DNA of 51,978 nt from Macrostomum lignano (taxonomy: Eukaryota), in contig NIVC01004279.1 in the NCBI GenBank assembly GCA_002269645.1, forward strand, positions 1 through 51,978, in the 5' to 3' direction. Below, piece after piece: positions 11,259 through 23,496 of the stretch. The notes below the pieces were generated by a model, which saw only the letters and a list, made by a program, of their open reading frames with translations, was not told the origin of the DNA and searched no databases. The first letter of the stretch is position 1. Each line of letters opens with the position of its first letter. Position numbers and translations under genes: made by a program.

Positions 11259-11808
11259 TAGATTTCAACCTTTTGGATCGAACAGGTACTCAGTGCAAGT
11301 GGTCTTCTGTAAGTTTTTTGGAGTAATTTAACATTGAACAGATTTAAGGACGTCAAGCTAGGGGTCAAGGGACAACATCCATATGATTGTGTGTCTTCCT
11401 GAATTTAGACCCGGATGCCGGAGTCTCAGTGGTTTAAAGTGTCCAAAGGTAGATATATAAGTATGTATCTGATTTAGACTGATTCCGGTTGGCGTCCTGG
11501 TTTTCGAATGCCAAATTATAATACGATTTTTCTCTGACGCATACTCATAAAACCGAGTTTGAAAGGCTCAATTTTCTTTGTCAGTTAATTAGTATCTTTA
11601 CCCTATATCTGTATCATTTCTAATGTACTAAATCGAATAGATTTATTAACAATCGACCGGATAATAAATGATGCCTGCAGCTCACATCAAGGAATTTTTC
11701 TGTTAAATAAGGTAACGTAGTTCTAGGCGTTATTAAGCAAGAAAGATAGGAACCCTCCAAGCAGGGTGTCTTGATGAAACTATTGACGAATGCCAGTTGC
11801 AACGCTGT

Positions 11809-12913
<1,105 letters not shown>

Positions 12914-13659
12914 ACTAAATCACTCTTGTTTGAATAAAATCATGCAAATTATCAATAAAAAAGTATAGATTCATAAAGCATAATTGTAACTACTTTATAC
13001 TTGACCTATCTACTATGAAATTTTATTACATCAAAACTATTATTAAATTCTAACAGTAATAAAAGCAAAATAAATTGAAATCAAATAAGTTACACAATCA
13101 ATCAGAACACAAATACTGGACACTGTCTTTATTTACTTAGCAGATTAATAAGAAATCAATATTTTAAAACGAATTATAAAAAAATCTTATTTAACACGAC
13201 AACTACATGTTGATATCACAAAATGGCACAAATGTCATTGTGCCTTACAGTATTATAATTGGACATGTAAACGACACAACCAGGAAGAAGAGTAGTTAGC
13301 TAGTAGTATGAAGAGACATGAAATTCATATGTACATTGCAGTACATTATGAATAAGAATTTAAGCAGATAATTTAATTAACTAACAAAAAAAATTACTCC
13401 AAGACTCGAAAATTAATATAGGAAAGATTTTTAAGACATTCAGATTAAAATGTACCAAAAACCCTACTATAACCAACAGCGATGACCAAAAGCGAAAAAT
13501 AACAATGCAGCCTAAGCGTCGCAAATTAAAACTACTCCTATGATTTAAGGCGAAAATTTCTATTCTTACAGAATTTTGAACCAATTTACCATAAACTATG
13601 ACCCAACAAGTATCATAGAAAACTTACTATGCCGTTGCTACGGCAATAAAACAACAAAG

Positions 13660-14115
13660 CAACTGAAGCTAGGGTTGCTATGGAGATAATGGCAAATAAC
13701 TGCATAGCAACTAAAGCTGCGGTTGCTATGATGATAATAACGCACAACTGCATAGCAACTAAAGCTGCGGTTGCTATGGCGATAATAGCAAATAGCTGCA
13801 TAGCAACTAAAGTTGCGGTTGCTATGGAGATAATAGCAAATAGCTGCATAGCAACTAAAGCTGCGGTTGCTATGGAGATAATGGCAAATAACTGCACAGC
13901 AACTAAAGCTGCGGTTGCTATGATGATAATAACGCGTAACTGCATAGCAACTAAAGCTGTGGTTGCTATGATGATAATAACGCACAACTGCATAGCAACT
14001 AAAGCTGTGGTTGCTATGATGATAATAGCAAATAGCTGCATAGCAACTAAAGCTGCGGTTGCTATGGAGATAATAGCAAATAGCTGCATAGCAACCAAAG
14101 CTGCGGTTGCTATGG
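13660..14115. repeat. 48-bp tandem repeat, ~9.5 copies, each with a 9-bp inverted repeat (CATAGCAAC-N10-GTTGCTATG)
   Basis: 16-aa periodic spurious ORFs; the stem is seen in every unit. Confidence 0.95.
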
Positions 14116-14212
14116 TTATAAATTAAATCGCGCATCAAGTCATAGACTGCAAAGCAACTAGTATTCAATCGAGGGCATAGTAACTAACGGTTGCTATGCA
14201 AACAGGCCGCAA

Positions 14213-14967
14213 TTACAAAAACGTTGTATCCTCAGTAAAAGCCCCAGCAAATCGATAGTCATCCCTGGCCAATACGCAGTACAATCGCTGAGGTGTCGGT
14301 CGCGAACCCGGCCCGGGTCGAGGCGCCACGCATCGTAGCAGCATCTCCTTGGCTGTGAATGGCGGGAATTTGCCTCCGCTATTAGTAGCAGAAGATGATT
14401 CCGGCAATGTTGCAGATGTTGCAGAATTGGCGGCAGCGGCGGCAGCAGCGACGGCGGCCGAGGCAGCGTGACTTTCAACAAACATTCGTTGCAAAGCGCT
14501 GCCAATAGGGCCTCGAGATGCGCCAACAACCGGCACCTCCGGTTGCCTGAGCAGATCTAGAAGGAATTGCCTAGTAACTGGGTCAGTCGAGTAAGATGAG
14601 TCCTTGGCAACGCCGGTACAGCAGGAGTTGAACTTGAACAGTAGGGAGCGCAATCGAACCACCTGAAGCAGTATGAGGTGTCTAAATACACAGTGACAAA
14701 ACGAAACGCAAGGAAACTTTCTATTTTGGCTGGCTGAGTCTCAAAAAATATAAATGCTATACAAAAGTGCAATGCCCACTTAGCGCTATTAATAGTTTTG
14801 AGAAATAATTACCGTGTGCTATTTTTACACATTTCCTTACACTCGCCCTCTGGTTCGCTGTTATGATGGGGTGGAGCAGGGTAACTAACCAACTAACTAA
14901 CTAACTAACTAACTGACTAACTGACTAACTGACTGACTAACTGACTAACTAACTAACTGACTAACTG

Positions 14968-15014
<47 letters not shown>

Positions 15015-15055
15015 GACTAACTAACTAACTGACTAACTGACTAACTAACTAACTG

Positions 15056-15090
<35 letters not shown>

Positions 15091-15103
15091 GACTAACTGA
15101 CTG

Positions 15104-15158
<55 letters not shown>

Positions 15159-15183
15159 GACTAACTGACTAACTAACTAACTG

Positions 15184-15226
<43 letters not shown>

Positions 15227-18200
15227 GACTAACTGACTGACTAACTAACTAACTAACTAACTAACTGACTGACTAACTAACTAACTGACTAACTGACTAA
15301 CCGACTAACTAACTGACTAACTAACTAGCTAAACATCTAACTAAATAACTAACTGGTTAACTAACTCTGTGGTAAAGTACTAACTGACTGACTGGCGTGA
15401 CTGAATGAATAACAAACCAATCAAATTAGATGGCTACAACTTATCTCATACTCAGATCCACAATATCATAACAAATTACCTGCAATTCCAGGTAAGCAAT
15501 ATCATTAACTAAGCTTTCGTATCGATCAGGATTAGCCGTCCGCTCTCTCGTAGCGTCGCAGGCTTTCTCGCAAGCGGCCTCCAGAGTGCGCAGAAACTTG
15601 GGCGCCGATTCCGACAGCATAGCTGCCTCTTCGGCTGGCAGATCCACTAAGCTAGCCAGACCGTCCAGCACAGCATTGGGTAGCAACAGCTTAGCAACCT
15701 CGGCCGGCGTTAAGCCGCTTAATTGTTGGAGTATCTTTTCTACTTCTTTAGTATCGTCAAACAGACGCCGTTGCAGTCTAGCCGGTATGGGCTTGGCAAG
15801 CTGCCAGGTTTCTAGCCAGATATTGCCCGGCAGTTGCATTCTTGCTGACAATTGGCCGTTGGAGAAATCTCGGGGCGAATGCCAGCGTACAAAGTCTTCC
15901 AGGCAGCAGCCCGGGTTCGCAGCCTGGGCGAGAGGACGGGTGGGAGATTATCGGGGTTGATAGGGGAGATTATCGGGGTTGATAGGGGAGATTATCGGGG
16001 GTTGATAGAGGAGATTATCGGGGTTGATAGGGGATATTATCGGGGGTTGATAGAGGAGATTATCGGGGGTTGATAGGGGATATTATCGGGGGTTGATAGG
16101 GGAGATTATCGGGGGTTGATAAGGGAGATTATCGGGGGTTGATATGGGGAGATTATCGGGGGTTGATATGGGGAGATTATCGGGGGTTGATAGGGGAGAT
16201 TATCGGGGTTGATAGGGGAGATTATCGGGTTGATAGGGGAGATTATCGGGGGTTGATATGGGGAGATTATCGGGGGTTGATAAGGTAGATTATCGAAGTT
16301 TTGGCTAGAGAAGATCATCGGGGGTTGATAGCGATTTCCAATGGGGATCAAAAGCGATTTCCAATAAGGGATCAAACAGCGATTCCCAATGGGGATCAAA
16401 CAGCGATTTCCAATGGGGATCAAAGGGCAATTTCAGTGTGGGGATCAAAAAGCGATTCCCAGCGTGGGATCGAACCCCAGACCAACCTTAAAGGCCTGCA
16501 TATCGCTGAGCAGTGAGCTGCTCTGCATTCGAGCCCGCAGCGCGGCGGCCTGAGAATCGGTGCCCAATTTAGCCAGCAATTCGGTGTGCTCTTCCAGACT
16601 GTCCTCGGTCATTGGCGGCGCCTGTTGCGTAGCCGGAACCCACAGCACTCTATCGGGCCGTTTCAACAGTCGAACGGGTTCAGCAGCCGAAGCCGACGAA
16701 GATGTCGAGGCGACGACGAATTGTCGAAGCCGACCGTCTGGCTGATGATCGGGCTGCATCGGCTCCTCTTCGCATTCGAAGAATTCGTCCTCTCCATCCT
16801 CTCCGTCAACGCTGACGTCACCTTCCATGTTGACGTCATTGTTGGATTGTTGTTCACTCGAAGCTGTGACGGACTCCGACTCTTCGCGTTGCTGTACAGT
16901 TGCCATGGAGGAGGTTTTCTCCCTAGAAATACGCAGATCGACTCTTTTAGCGGTACCAAATAGGCATAGGCATGCCCTAGTGCATAGTTGAGTAGATACT
17001 CGAAGATGGCAGGAGTAGATACTCGAAGATGGCAGGAGTAGATACTCGAAGATGGCAGGAGTAGATACTCGAAGATGGCGCAAGAGTAGATACTCGAAGA
17101 TGGCAAGAGTGGATACTCTAAGATGGCGAGAGTAGATACTCGAAGATGGCAAGAGTAGATACTCGAAGATGACAAGAGTAGATACTCGAAGATGACAAGA
17201 GTAGATACTCGAAGATGGCAAGAGTGGATACTCTAAGATGGCGAGAGTAGATACTCGAAGATGGCAAGAGTAGATACTCGAAGATGACAAGAGTAGATAC
17301 TCGAAGATGACAAGAGTAGATACTCGAAGATGGCAAGAGTAGATACTCGAAGATGGCAAGAGTAGATACTCGAAGATGGCGCAAGAGTAGATAATCGAAG
17401 ATAGCAAGAGTAGATGGCAAGAGTAGATACTCGAAGATGACAAGAGTAGATACTCGAAGATGACAAGAGTAGATACTCGAAGATGACAAGAGTAGATACT
17501 CGAAGATGGCAAGAGTAGATACTCTAAGATGGCGAGAGTAGATACTCGAAGATGGCAAGAGTAGATACTCGAAGATGACAAGAGTAGATACTCGAAGATG
17601 GCAAGAGTAGATACTCGAAGATGACAAGAGTAGATACTCGAAGATGACAAGAGTAGATACTCTAAGATGGCGAGAGTAGATACTCGAAGATGGCAAGAGT
17701 AGATACTCGAAGATGACAAGAGTAGATACTCGAAGATGACAAGAGTAGATACTCGAAGATGACAAGAGTAGATACTCGAAGATGGCAAGAGTAGATACTC
17801 TAAGATGGCGAGAGTAGATACTCGAAGATGGCAAGAGTAGATACTCGAAGATGACAAGAGTAGATACTCGAAGATGACAAGAGTAGATACTCGAAGATGA
17901 CAAGAGTAGATACTCGAAGATGGCAAGAGTAGATACTCTAAGATGGCGAGAGTAGATACTCGAAGATGGCAAGAGTAGATACTCGAAGATGACAAGAGTA
18001 GATACTCGAAGATGGCAAGAGTAGATACTCGAAGATGACAAGAGTAGATACTCGAAGATGGCGCAAGAGTAGATAATCGAAGATGGCAAGAGTAGATGGC
18101 AAGAGTAGATACTCGAAGATGGCAAGAGTAGATACTCGAAGATGGCGAGAGTAGATACTCGAAGATGGCAGGAGTAGATACTCGAAGATGGCGCAAGAGT

Positions 18201-21200
18201 AGATACTCGAAGATGGCAAGAGTAGATACTTGAAGATGGCGAGAGTAGATACTCGAAGATGGCAGGAGTAGTTACTCGAAGATGGCAAGTAGATACTTAA
18301 ACAATGGCACCCGAGCATGCTAAACATTAATGACAACTTTGAATGTACTTTTTTTACATTTTTAAAAAAACCATTCAATGCCTACTATAAGTAACAAACC
18401 TAGCCAGTTTTCGCCCGATACACAATTGCAACATCTGCAATTTCTGGTGCAACAGCGAGGTGCCCAAGTCTGGCGGCGTCTCAACAATGTCCTCTTGACA
18501 CTGGCTGTCTTCCGTCTCGGCAGAAGGCGACGCCGTGGCAGCCGCTGGCAACGGACAGGAGTTCTCCCAGCGATAGCGCAATTCCAGCACCACCTCTTGC
18601 CACAGGTGAGCAACAGCGTGAATACCGCTGGAGTGAGTGTGATTCAGTGTGGCCACGGCCAGGGTCAGACGGTGGGCAAGGGAGCCCAGTGGGGCGCATT
18701 TCAGATCGCGAGCCAACTTCTGAGCTCGCTCGGAGTACTGCTGAGGCTGCTGCTGAGTCGCATCTGAGGGGGGGGGGAAGCACGTTTCATAGTCTATCAC
18801 ATACCGGATGCTTTAGTGAACACTGGCTACCACATCCCGGATGCCTTAGTGGACATCGGCTACCACATCCCTGATGCTTTAGTGGTCATTGGCTACCACA
18901 TCCCTGATGCTTTAGTGAACACTGGTTACCACATCCCAGATGCCTTAGTGAAAATCGGCTACCACATCCCAGATGCCTTGTGGTCATTGGCTACCACATC
19001 CCTGATGCTTTAGTGAACACTGGTTACCACATCCCAGATGCCTTAGTGAAAATCGGCTACCACATCCCGGATGCCTTGTGGTCATTGGCTACCACATCAC
19101 GGATGCTTTAGTGGACATTGGCTACCACATCCCTGATGCTTTAGTAGTCATTGGCTACCACATCCCTGATGCTTTAGTAGTCATTGGCTACCACATCCCT
19201 GATGCTTTAGTGGACACTGGCTACCACATCCCTGATGTTCTAGTTGACATTGGCTACCAGCTTGAATGTTGCAAATCTCGCACATAACGTTCTCCATCAT
19301 AAACTCCAAAACAAACCTACTCGACACTCCTGCCGCATCGGGGAACAAAAAGTGCAGCAAGTTGTTCAGCTGGGCTTCGCTCAACGGAGCCGATTGGTCG
19401 CTTCGGACAGACAGCTTGGAAGTGGCCCGGCGAACCACACCGGTGGCAGCGTCGGTCATGCTGGGCACTCGGCTGCCAGTCAGACGGTCCAGAGCTCTGC
19501 AGAGTGGAAGTTTTGTATGGCAATTTTTAATGGTACATTTGTATCTTGTATACAGAGATTTATAATATGGAAATAGGGTAGCAAGATGTGGTCAAGCAAC
19601 TAGGGATAGAGCTGAGAGGCTGGCACAGCAACTGAGAACGGAAATAACAGGTTTGCCCAGCAACTGAGGATGGAGCTGAGAAACTGATCGAGCAACTGAG
19701 GGTGGATCTGAGAGGCTGGTTCAGCAAATGAGGATGGAGCTGACAGGCTGGTTCAGCAACTGAGAACGGAAATAACAGGTTTGCCCAGCAACTGAGGATG
19801 GAGCTGAGAAACTGATCGAGCAACTGAGGGTGGATCTGAGAGGCTGGTTCAGCAAATGAGGATGGAGCTGACAGGCTGGTTCAGCAACTGAGAACGGAAA
19901 TAACAGGTTTGCCCAGCAACTGAGGATGGAGCTGAGAAACTGATCGAGCAACTGAGGGTAGATCTGAGAGGCTGGTTCAGCAAATGAGGATGGAGCTGAG
20001 AGACTGATCGAGCAACTGAGGATGGAGCTGAGAGACTGATCGAGCAACTGAGGATGGAGCTGAGAGACTTATCGAGCAACTGAAGATGGAGCTGAGAGGC
20101 TGATCGATCAACTGAAGATGGAGCTGAGAGACTGATCGAGCAACTGAGGATGGAGCTGAGAGACTGATCGAGCAACTGAGGATGGAGCTGAGAGACTGAT
20201 CGAGCAACTGAGGATGGAGCTGAGAGACTGATCGAGCAACTGAGGATGGAGCTGAGAGACTGATCGAGCAACTGAGAATGGAGCTGAGAGACTGATCGAG
20301 CAACTGAGGATGGAGCTGAGAGACTGATCGAGCAACTGAGGATGGAGCTGAGAGACTGATCGAGCAACTGAGGATAGAGCTGAGAGACTGATCGAGCAAC
20401 TGAGAATGGAGCTGAGAGACTGATCGAGCAACTGAGCATGGAGCTGTGGAGGCTGGCCCAGCAACTGAGCATGGAGCTGTGGAGGCTGGCCCAGCAACTG
20501 AGCATGGAGCTGTGGAGGCTGGCCCAGCAACTGAGCATGGAGTTGTGGAGGCTGGCCCAGCAACTGAGGATGGAGCTGGGAGGCTGGCCCAGTAACTGAG
20601 GATGTAGCAGGGAGACTGGTCCAGCAACTGAGGATCTGAAAGGATGATTGCCCATAATCCAAGACCATCGCGCAGAACTATCAAGACAACACAAACCATC
20701 GCGCAGAACTATCAAGACAACACAAACCATCGCGCAGAACTATCAAGACAACACAAACCATCGCGCAGAACTATCAAGACAATCACAAACCTACCTAGAA
20801 GCAGTAGCCGACTCCAACGCGGCTCCATCGCTGCTTTTGCCGCCGCCGCCGCCGCCGTCGGCAGCGCCACCAGACCCGGTAGAGGTGCCGCCAACACCAG
20901 CGGCAGTCGGCGACGAAGTAAAGAGCGCAGCTAGCAGGTCGTGAACAGTCTCTCGTCGAGAGCACAGTCTCAGCAGGCGGCCTAAACAGTCGGTCAATCT
21001 GCACAGCGCGTCGTCAAGAAATCTCGCCCTCAAAGTCCAAACTGGCGCGTGCAACGGATCCAAATCAGTGTAGGACTCCGTATCCACTACCATCTCTTCG
21101 GCTAGGCGAGGCCAAACGGCGGCTAATTGCAATTCGCTGATTGGCTCCTCGCACGGACCAATAGGAAGCCGAGCTGGCAGGTCCAATTCGCGTTGCTGCT

Positions 21201-23496
21201 GATTGCGCCGATGACGAAGCGTGTCGGGCAGGGGACTCAGACAGGCTAACAGGCGGTCGGAGAACTGGCTTAGGCTGTAGCTCAGTCGAATAGCTGCGCT
21301 AATTGATGGCCCGTTAGAGGACGAGAATTGGCTACCGGACTGCACTGCGGGACAGGCCATTCGCTGTCTAAACATATCGATAGCGCCTTGCAGGTGCCTG
21401 TAGTGCCTGGGGATTTTGCACAGCTGGGCTATCTCGAATCGGGTGCGGAGCCCGGAGCCAAGGGCCTGCGGCGAGGATTTCAAATGGCTGGACTAATTAA
21501 TTATGTTAATTTATGCGCTATTGTGCAGATGCAGATAATGGATGTGCTTTCAGTATCAAGCAGTGTATGATCTGGAATAGAGTTGGAGGCTGAAAACCTG
21601 AGATCTAGCTAGCAACTGAGGATGGAGCTGGGAGGCTGGCCCAACAACTGACACTTTGCGAGGCTGACCCAGCAACTGAGGACTGGGAGGCTGGACCAGC
21701 AAATGAGGATCTAGGAGGCTGGCCCAGAAACTGAGGATCTGGGAGGCTGGCCCAGCAAATGAGGATCTGGGAGGCTGGCCCAGCAACTGACACTTAAAGA
21801 GGCTGGCCCAGCAACTGACACTTAAAGAGGCTGGCCCAGCAACTGACACTTAAAGAGGCTGGCCCAGCAACTGAGGATCTGGGAGGCTGGCCCAGCTACT
21901 AAGGATCTGAGGGCTTCCTATTAACTGAAGGTCTGGAGGGCGGCCTAATAACTAAGGATCTAGGAAATCTCTATTGAATTTCAGATGATATAAATAGCAG
22001 TATGATTTAAATTTAAATATTTCTACTAAACACAGCATATAATAGAACGCAAGATTCGAGCCTAGGACCTACAAGTAAAAATGCTTACCTGGCCAAAGTA
22101 CAGCCTCCGATCGGGCCGGCCAACCTGCAGAAAGATCGGCAGGTGGCAGCCGGCATTGTGCGCAGTAATACACAGGCTGCTTAGCAACAGTCGCAATCGA
22201 CTCTCATTGCACACTGTCTGGTCTTGGCTCGGCTTCACTACAATCAGCTCGCGTAGGCCGAACCAGCGTGTTAAACAATGAGCAACGCTGGGGAAATCGT
22301 TATCGGATGAGGCAATCTGATGCAGCACTGGCGGCCAAAAGGTCTTGCTGTCGCTGGCCGGAGGCTGCTCAGCTGCTTTCCCAGCTTCATCTGTCCCAGC
22401 TAGATCGGGTTGATCTTCTTCGCTAGGCTTTGGAGGCTGAACCTGTTTAGTCGGGATTTCAAGTATAAGCTGTCTTTGAATTGGAATATTTAAAATATGG
22501 ACTCAACTGGATGGGATTTGAACTATACTGGATGGGATTTGAACTCAAATAAATGGGAGTTGAACTCAACTGGATGGGATTTGAACTCAACTAAATGGGA
22601 TTTGAACTCAACTAAATGGGATTTGAACTTAACTGGACTGGATGGGATTTGAACTATACTGGGTGGGATTTGAACTATACTGGATGGGATTTGAACTATA
22701 CTGGATGGGATTTTAATTTTTATGGACGGGATTTGAACTTTACTGGATGGGATTTAACTCAAATAAATGGGATTTGAACTCAACTGGATGGGATTTGAAC
22801 TCAACTGGATGGGATTTGAACTCAACTAAATGGGATTTGAACTTAACTGGACTGGATGGGATTTGAACTTAATTGGATGGGATTTGAATTCAACTGGATG
22901 GGATTTGAACACAACTGGATGGGATTTGAACTCAACTGGACGGGATTTGAACCTAACTGAATGGGATTTTAACAGAAGTGGGTGGAAGTTGAACACTTAA
23001 TTGAATGGGATTTGAATTTTTATGGATGGGATTTAAACTTAACTGCGTGTTTGAACTTTACTGGATGGGATTTGAACTTTACTGGATGGAATTTGAACTT
23101 AACTAAATCACCTACTTGACAATGATGCGTCAATCTAAACTCGCAGTCCATATACCGTACACTACAAGACTGATCTTTCCAAGTATGCTGCTGCCGATGC
23201 AAGTGCCTATCGGTTCCGAATCGTCTAGTGGCGTTGCTGCCTGCGGCGGCCGTGGCGTGACGCGAGTCGGCCATTCTCTCAGCCTCAGGCACCGATTCTA
23301 AGCCCGTGCCACCGGACTTCACGGAGAACCGACCGCCGCCATCCACTTTCCATTCGTTGAATACCTCTTCTAACTCGGACATGAACTGCTCCCAGTCTGA
23401 TGCGCTGGTGAAATCCGTGATTTCAAACACGTCGCCTTCTTCCTCTATAATGCTGGTCTCCGTTGTCAGAGGCGGAGACTGCGGAAATGTAGCCAT
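14213..23496 (-). CDS. RAB3GAP1: Rab3 GTPase-activating protein catalytic subunit, 8 exons, ~1091 aa
   Basis: Exons 23116-23496, 22089-22442 (acceptor could be ~22470), 20795-21465, 19321-19496, 18400-18763, 16487-16922, 15480-15923 and 14213-14662; phases are consistent. Motifs: VFEITDFTSASDWEQF, AHCLTRWFGLRE, YTDLDPLHAP, VAHLWQEVVLELRYRWEN, LLHQKLQML, ARMQSSSLLSDMQAFKAANPGCCLEDFVRWHSPRD, RFAGAFTEDTTFL. Confidence 0.96.
14883..15330. repeat. (ACTA/ACTG)n microsatellite, ~450 bp, RAB3GAP1 intron 7
   Basis: Seen directly. Confidence 0.98.
15940..16478. repeat. Two adjacent minisatellites in RAB3GAP1 intron 6: ~23-bp G-rich (gggagattatcgggggttgatag) and ~24-bp (gcgatttccaatggggatcaaaca)
   Basis: Tandem copies seen directly. 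Confidence 0.95.
16989..18297. repeat. 23-bp minisatellite (gagtagatactcgaagatggcaa), ~55 copies, RAB3GAP1 intron 5
   Basis: Tandem copies; variant ctcta recurs with a 138-bp period. Confidence 0.98.
18800..19262. repeat. 33-bp minisatellite (ggctaccacatccctgatgctttagtggtcatt), RAB3GAP1 intron 4
   Basis: Tandem copies seen directly. Confidence 0.96.
19600..20790. repeat. RAB3GAP1 intron 3: 32-bp minisatellite family (19600-20640) followed by a 31-bp array (20655-20790)
   Basis: Units gagctgagagactgatcgagcaactgaggatg / ggaggctggcccagcaactgag and acaaaccatcgcgcagaactatcaagacaac. Confidence 0.96.
21605..21960. repeat. ~28-bp minisatellite (gggaggctggcccagcaactgaggatct), RAB3GAP1 intron 2
   Basis: Tandem copies; same core as the intron 3 array. 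Confidence 0.93.
22500..23105. repeat. ~21-bp minisatellite (ggatgggatttgaactcaact), RAB3GAP1 intron 1
   Basis: Tandem copies seen directly. Confidence 0.96.

Noticed and set aside
11420-11510. Weak tRNA/SINE-like 5' motif (gccggagtctcagtggtttaaag)
   Set aside because: No convincing B box or stems
13660-14115. CRISPR-like look (palindromic constant block plus variable spacer)
   Set aside because: The linkers are related variants that recur rather than unique spacers; there are no cas genes; the context is eukaryotic
13613-14168. Hydrophobic 148-176-aa repeat proteins in three frames
   Set aside because: Products of the 48-bp array; no splice or codon support
16452-16480. B-box-like gggatcgaaccc suggesting a tRNA
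   Set aside because: It is a degenerate copy of the adjacent 24-bp monomer next to a splice donor; there is no cloverleaf
16445-18196. 583-aa ORF and overlapping long ORFs (16663-17175, 17118-18125)
   Set aside because: Translation of the 23-bp minisatellite; only 16487-16922 is a real RAB3GAP1 exon
19560-20730. Several 100-290-aa repetitive ORFs
   Set aside because: Stop-free frames of the 32-bp intronic array
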